This document shows, piece after piece, positions 22,945-25,958 of a DNA stretch of 25,958 nucleotides. The notes under the pieces are model-generated. The model was not told where the DNA came from and did no database searches. It worked only from the letters and a program-made list of their open reading frames with translations. A program made the translations under genes and the position numbers. The stretch lies in the IMG/VR virus record IMGVR_UViG_3300020255_000010, positions 1 to 25,958 of that record; one strand, 5' to 3'. How positions within the stretch are numbered: the stretch's first letter is position 1; every line of letters starts with the position of its first letter. The DNA comes from a virus. Taxonomy: Duplodnaviria > Caudoviricetes.

Positions 22945-24267
22945 GTGGGTACCAGAAAAATCTCTCAGTTAGATACAATTTCAGACTCCAATATATCGGG
23001 TGAAGGTATTTTACCTGTAGTTGTTTCTGATCCGTTGATACCGAACCGTAAGGTGAAGATTAACCAATTATTCCGTGGTGTAGCACAGGGCACAAAAGAT
23101 GCTCCTGGTCTAGCTTTTGACTTGGATAGGGATACTGGTTTCTATCAAAATGCATATGACCAACTTGGCATAGGTTTTGGTGATGGTGGAGTCTATATGA
23201 CTCGTATTCAAGATGCTACTGAGCAATCTTCATTATACTTAACTGCTGTTGATGAAGTAACTGATAATGCTAATATAGTTTTAGCACCTAAAGGAACAGG
23301 AACTGTAAGGGTTACTGGACAGTTTACTATTAATGATGGATCTTTTATATTGGAAGATGCTCAAGGACCAAAGGCAAGATTTGAAATTGGTAATATCGGT
23401 GCAGGATCTACTACAAGGATATTTACTTTACCACAAATTAGTATTGGTCAAGGCACTACAGTTGTAGGAGATGACACTACACAGACACTAAGGAATAAAA
23501 CTATTTTCGTTGATGAAGATAATTTTGTTTTAGTAAGTGGAGAAGAGGAAGCAGAGTTTCAAATAAATTGGAGCACTACTACAGGTACTAGGAGAGCATA
23601 CTTCTTACCTGATGCTGGACCAGTTACAACAACACTGGAACCAACAGCGACTAGTTCTACACTATTGGATACTAAAACAGAGCAAACTGTATTATCTAAG
23701 AAATTTGTTGATGTTAAGTTTACATCTAACGCAGAAGAAACAACATCATTTGTTGCTTTAAATACATCTAACTTAACTACTAATAGATCTATTACAGTTC
23801 CTGATTTAGATATAACTCTTGCAGGAACAGTTGCAACTCAAAGCTTTGAGAATAAAACTTATATTGACCCAATATTTGCCGATAGTGGTGATCCTACTAA
23901 AAAGGTAACTATTGATGTCGAGAATATGAATCCAACGTCTTCAACACCGTTTGGATTCCCACAGAATGATTCGCTAAATAATACAACGATAACAAACGTC
24001 CTTGTTACAGAATTAGCAACTCAAAATCTTGTAAATAAGGTTTTGATTACACCAGAACTTAAAACTGCTGCTGGTAATGCTAATAAAGTGACACTAGATA
24101 CTAGTAATATTACTGGTGCTAGGACAATTAAATTTCCAGATGCTGATGCAACACTATTATCTACCGAAAATACATCATTGGAAGATGTGCAATTCGGTGC
24201 TGGTATTGGAGCAGCAACTTTAGTAGGTCGTACACGACTCCAACAATTTTTCTACGCAGGTTTCTAA
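22945..24267 (+). CDS. Virion structural / tail-fibre-associated protein
   Basis: Late promoter; MGTRKISQL N-terminus, PGLAFDLDRDTGFYQ, repeated R...LPD....L.....QTL.NK units typical of fibre shafts. Confidence 0.7.
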   Translation: MGTRKISQLDTISDSNISGEGILPVVVSDPLIPNRKVKINQLFRGVAQGTKDAPGLAFDLDRDTGFYQNAYDQLGIGFGDGGVYMTRIQDATEQSSLYLTAVDEVTDNANIVLAPKGTGTVRVTGQFTINDGSFILEDAQGPKARFEIGNIGAGSTTRIFTLPQISIGQGTTVVGDDTTQTLRNKTIFVDEDNFVLVSGEEEAEFQINWSTTTGTRRAYFLPDAGPVTTTLEPTATSSTLLDTKTEQTVLSKKFVDVKFTSNAEETTSFVALNTSNLTTNRSITVPDLDITLAGTVATQSFENKTYIDPIFADSGDPTKKVTIDVENMNPTSSTPFGFPQNDSLNNTTITNVLVTELATQNLVNKVLITPELKTAAGNANKVTLDTSNITGARTIKFPDADATLLSTENTSLEDVQFGAGIGAATLVGRTRLQQFFYAGF

Positions 24268-24276
24268 TTAATCACC

Positions 24277-25734
24277 ATGACAGTCAAATCAGGCATATTA
24301 GGTAAAGCAAAACCAAATGGTTCTGCATTACTTTTCAGAGCAGATCCAACTTCCAGTATTAGTGCGGTGCTTAATGTAGCAAACTCTGGCACTGGAGCAG
24401 CATATTCTATCGGTCTTAAAAGTTATGACCAACGACTAAATTTAGATGCAGGTACTTATAACTTTAATGAAGGATATGTAATATCGAATTATACATTTAC
24501 ATCAACGACTCCTATACCTGCAGGAGCTACTGCTGGTGCTCAAATACTTTCTGCAACCAACACATCAGAGAAAGCAATATTTAATCGTTATGTTATTCCT
24601 TCTTTAACATCTATTTTTGTTAAATCTATATCTATAAGAACATTTACACTAACCAATACTACTGGTGCTATGAGTGTTGGTGATACAATAACTAAAGGTG
24701 CTGGTGGTGATACTACAACTTGCCTTGTGTATGAGGTTTATCAAAGTGGAGAGAATATGATAGTCCACGTTGGACCTGAAACAATTAATGGTAATGGTAC
24801 AACTTTTGCAGATGGTGATATAAATCAATTTACTTCTGGTGGTAGTGGAGTTATTGCTTCTGGTGGTATTGGTACAGCACAAGAAGAATTTGTATTCTCA
24901 ACTACAACTGCTGGTGGAGTTTATAGCACTTATGTCCAGAGCACAATTTCATTCTTTAATGATAGGACATATAGATTTGATACCAGTGATACATCTATGA
25001 GTGGTAGGGACTTTAAACTTTCTGATACAATTAATGGTGAGTGGGGACCTGATGGCATTATTGATGGTGGAGCAGGTGATGTAGATAATGGTACTGAATT
25101 TGTTGCTGGTAAGACTACTAATGGCACTGCTGGATCTGCTGGAGCATATAGTCAATATGCGTTTACCGCAGCAGGAGCACCAAATAATTTATATTTCTAT
25201 GATGGTGGCACTGGTACTGCTGCTAATGCAAATTGGGGTGGATCTGATAGGTTGTTAACTGTATCTACATCATACACATATTCAGAAATTAATGTGTATA
25301 ATGTTGAAGGTGCATGGACTAATAACACTGCATTTAGTTTTAATGGTTCTGCATTTACTTTGCAGTCTAAGACAACTGGATCTTATGGTTATGTAAGAGC
25401 GTGGGATCCTACAGGACAAAATCTTGATGTTATTCTTGGTGAGAATTCTGCTGCCTTTGCGGGAACTGATACATTCAAGGATGCTCCCAATTCTCTCTTA
25501 GATCAAGCAGTTGCAACTGTAAGTAGTGTTACTGTTGATGCTACTGCTATTGGTGATGATCAATATTATGTAAATGGTAAGACTCTTGCTGCTAATGCAA
25601 CTGAGAAGCAAACTTCAATTGTTTTGGGACCAGGTGAAAGTATTGTTGTTAACAGTGCATCACAGCATAATACATTTATTTTAAATGGTTTCTCAGAGAC
25701 TTCTACTGAGTTTACCATTGGTTATGTCTCATAA
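24277..25734 (+). CDS. Virion structural protein (Gly/Thr-rich, beta-rich)
   Basis: Late operon; YRFDTSD.S, GTAGSAGAY, LYFY motifs; C-terminal IVLGPGESIVV....F..NGF.E. Confidence 0.65.
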   Translation: MTVKSGILGKAKPNGSALLFRADPTSSISAVLNVANSGTGAAYSIGLKSYDQRLNLDAGTYNFNEGYVISNYTFTSTTPIPAGATAGAQILSATNTSEKAIFNRYVIPSLTSIFVKSISIRTFTLTNTTGAMSVGDTITKGAGGDTTTCLVYEVYQSGENMIVHVGPETINGNGTTFADGDINQFTSGGSGVIASGGIGTAQEEFVFSTTTAGGVYSTYVQSTISFFNDRTYRFDTSDTSMSGRDFKLSDTINGEWGPDGIIDGGAGDVDNGTEFVAGKTTNGTAGSAGAYSQYAFTAAGAPNNLYFYDGGTGTAANANWGGSDRLLTVSTSYTYSEINVYNVEGAWTNNTAFSFNGSAFTLQSKTTGSYGYVRAWDPTGQNLDVILGENSAAFAGTDTFKDAPNSLLDQAVATVSSVTVDATAIGDDQYYVNGKTLAANATEKQTSIVLGPGESIVVNSASQHNTFILNGFSETSTEFTIGYVS

Positions 25735-25737
25735 ATA
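25732..25737 (+). promoter_or_regulatory. Late promoter core
   Basis: CATAAATA overlapping the upstream stop, 22 nt before ATG 25760. Confidence 0.65.
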
Positions 25738-25759
25738 CTCACATAAAGCGTCGTAGGTA

Positions 25760-25958
25760 ATGTCACTAACTAGACTCAAGAATATTATTACGTCCAGAAC
25801 TGGACGTATTATTTACGTTAACCCTGATGATTTCGATGCATCTGATGCTATTGATAACAGGGGTAACTCGGCATTGCGTCCGTTTAAGACGATACAAAGG
25901 GCGTTTTTAGAAGTAGCAAGATTTTCATATAGAGTTGGTTTAAGTAATGACGAGTTTG
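25760..25958 (+). CDS. Tail fibre/structural protein, 5' part (runs off window)
   Basis: MSLTRLKNIITSRTGRIIYVNPDDFDASDAIDNRGNSALRPFKTIQRAFLEVARFSY...; YV..D..D..G.S..PFKTI motif; no stop before the window end. Confidence 0.8.
   Translation, partial: MSLTRLKNIITSRTGRIIYVNPDDFDASDAIDNRGNSALRPFKTIQRAFLEVARFSYRVGLSNDEF

Noticed and set aside
1458-25155. Short antisense ORFs in the track (e.g. 1458, 2928, 3248, 5448, 7432, 8383, 9394, 10434, 11725, 12121, 12482, 14172, 15389, 17401, 18348, 18905, 22479, 24649, 24930, 24949)
   Set aside because: All lie opposite well-supported genes, have no recognisable motifs, and are explained as shadows of codon bias.
1-25958. tRNAs, introns, inteins, known riboswitches
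   Set aside because: Intergenic gaps are short, core genes appear uninterrupted, and I recognised no cloverleaf or known RNA motif by eye; a tRNAscan/Infernal run would be needed to exclude them.

Overview
AT-rich, densely coding segment of a T4-like marine cyanomyovirus (Prochlorococcus/Synechococcus-type). Left to right it contains: (1) the 3' end of thyX, phoH, a PD-(D/E)XK exonuclease, gp33, a DUF1825-like gene and gp32; (2) a small accessory pocket with a His-rich exported protein and a hairpin-flanked short ORF; (3) a divergent late baseplate/tail module (gp53 and gp48 on minus; gp4, gp19/gp54-like, gp26, gp51, two paralogous tape-measure-like proteins, a gp27-like hub and gp5 on plus), interrupted by cp12, cpeT and a 2OG-Fe(II) oxygenase; (4) an accessory island under two near-consensus sigma70 promoters (2OG oxygenases, flavin-dependent halogenase, Cys-rich small protein, heme oxygenase, several small ORFs missed by the ORF track); (5) late virion/fibre genes. 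The strongest unexplained signal is an in-phase T TTT TTC slippery heptamer at the end of gp26. It leads by -1 shift into a gp51-like frame that has no standard start codon for its first 25 codons, in tube-chaperone-chaperone-tape measure order, suggesting a lambda G/GT-like programmed frameshift in a T4-like phage. A 170-nt dual-coding overlap (22594-22763) is also notable. All family calls come from motif recognition and gene order; no searches were run.
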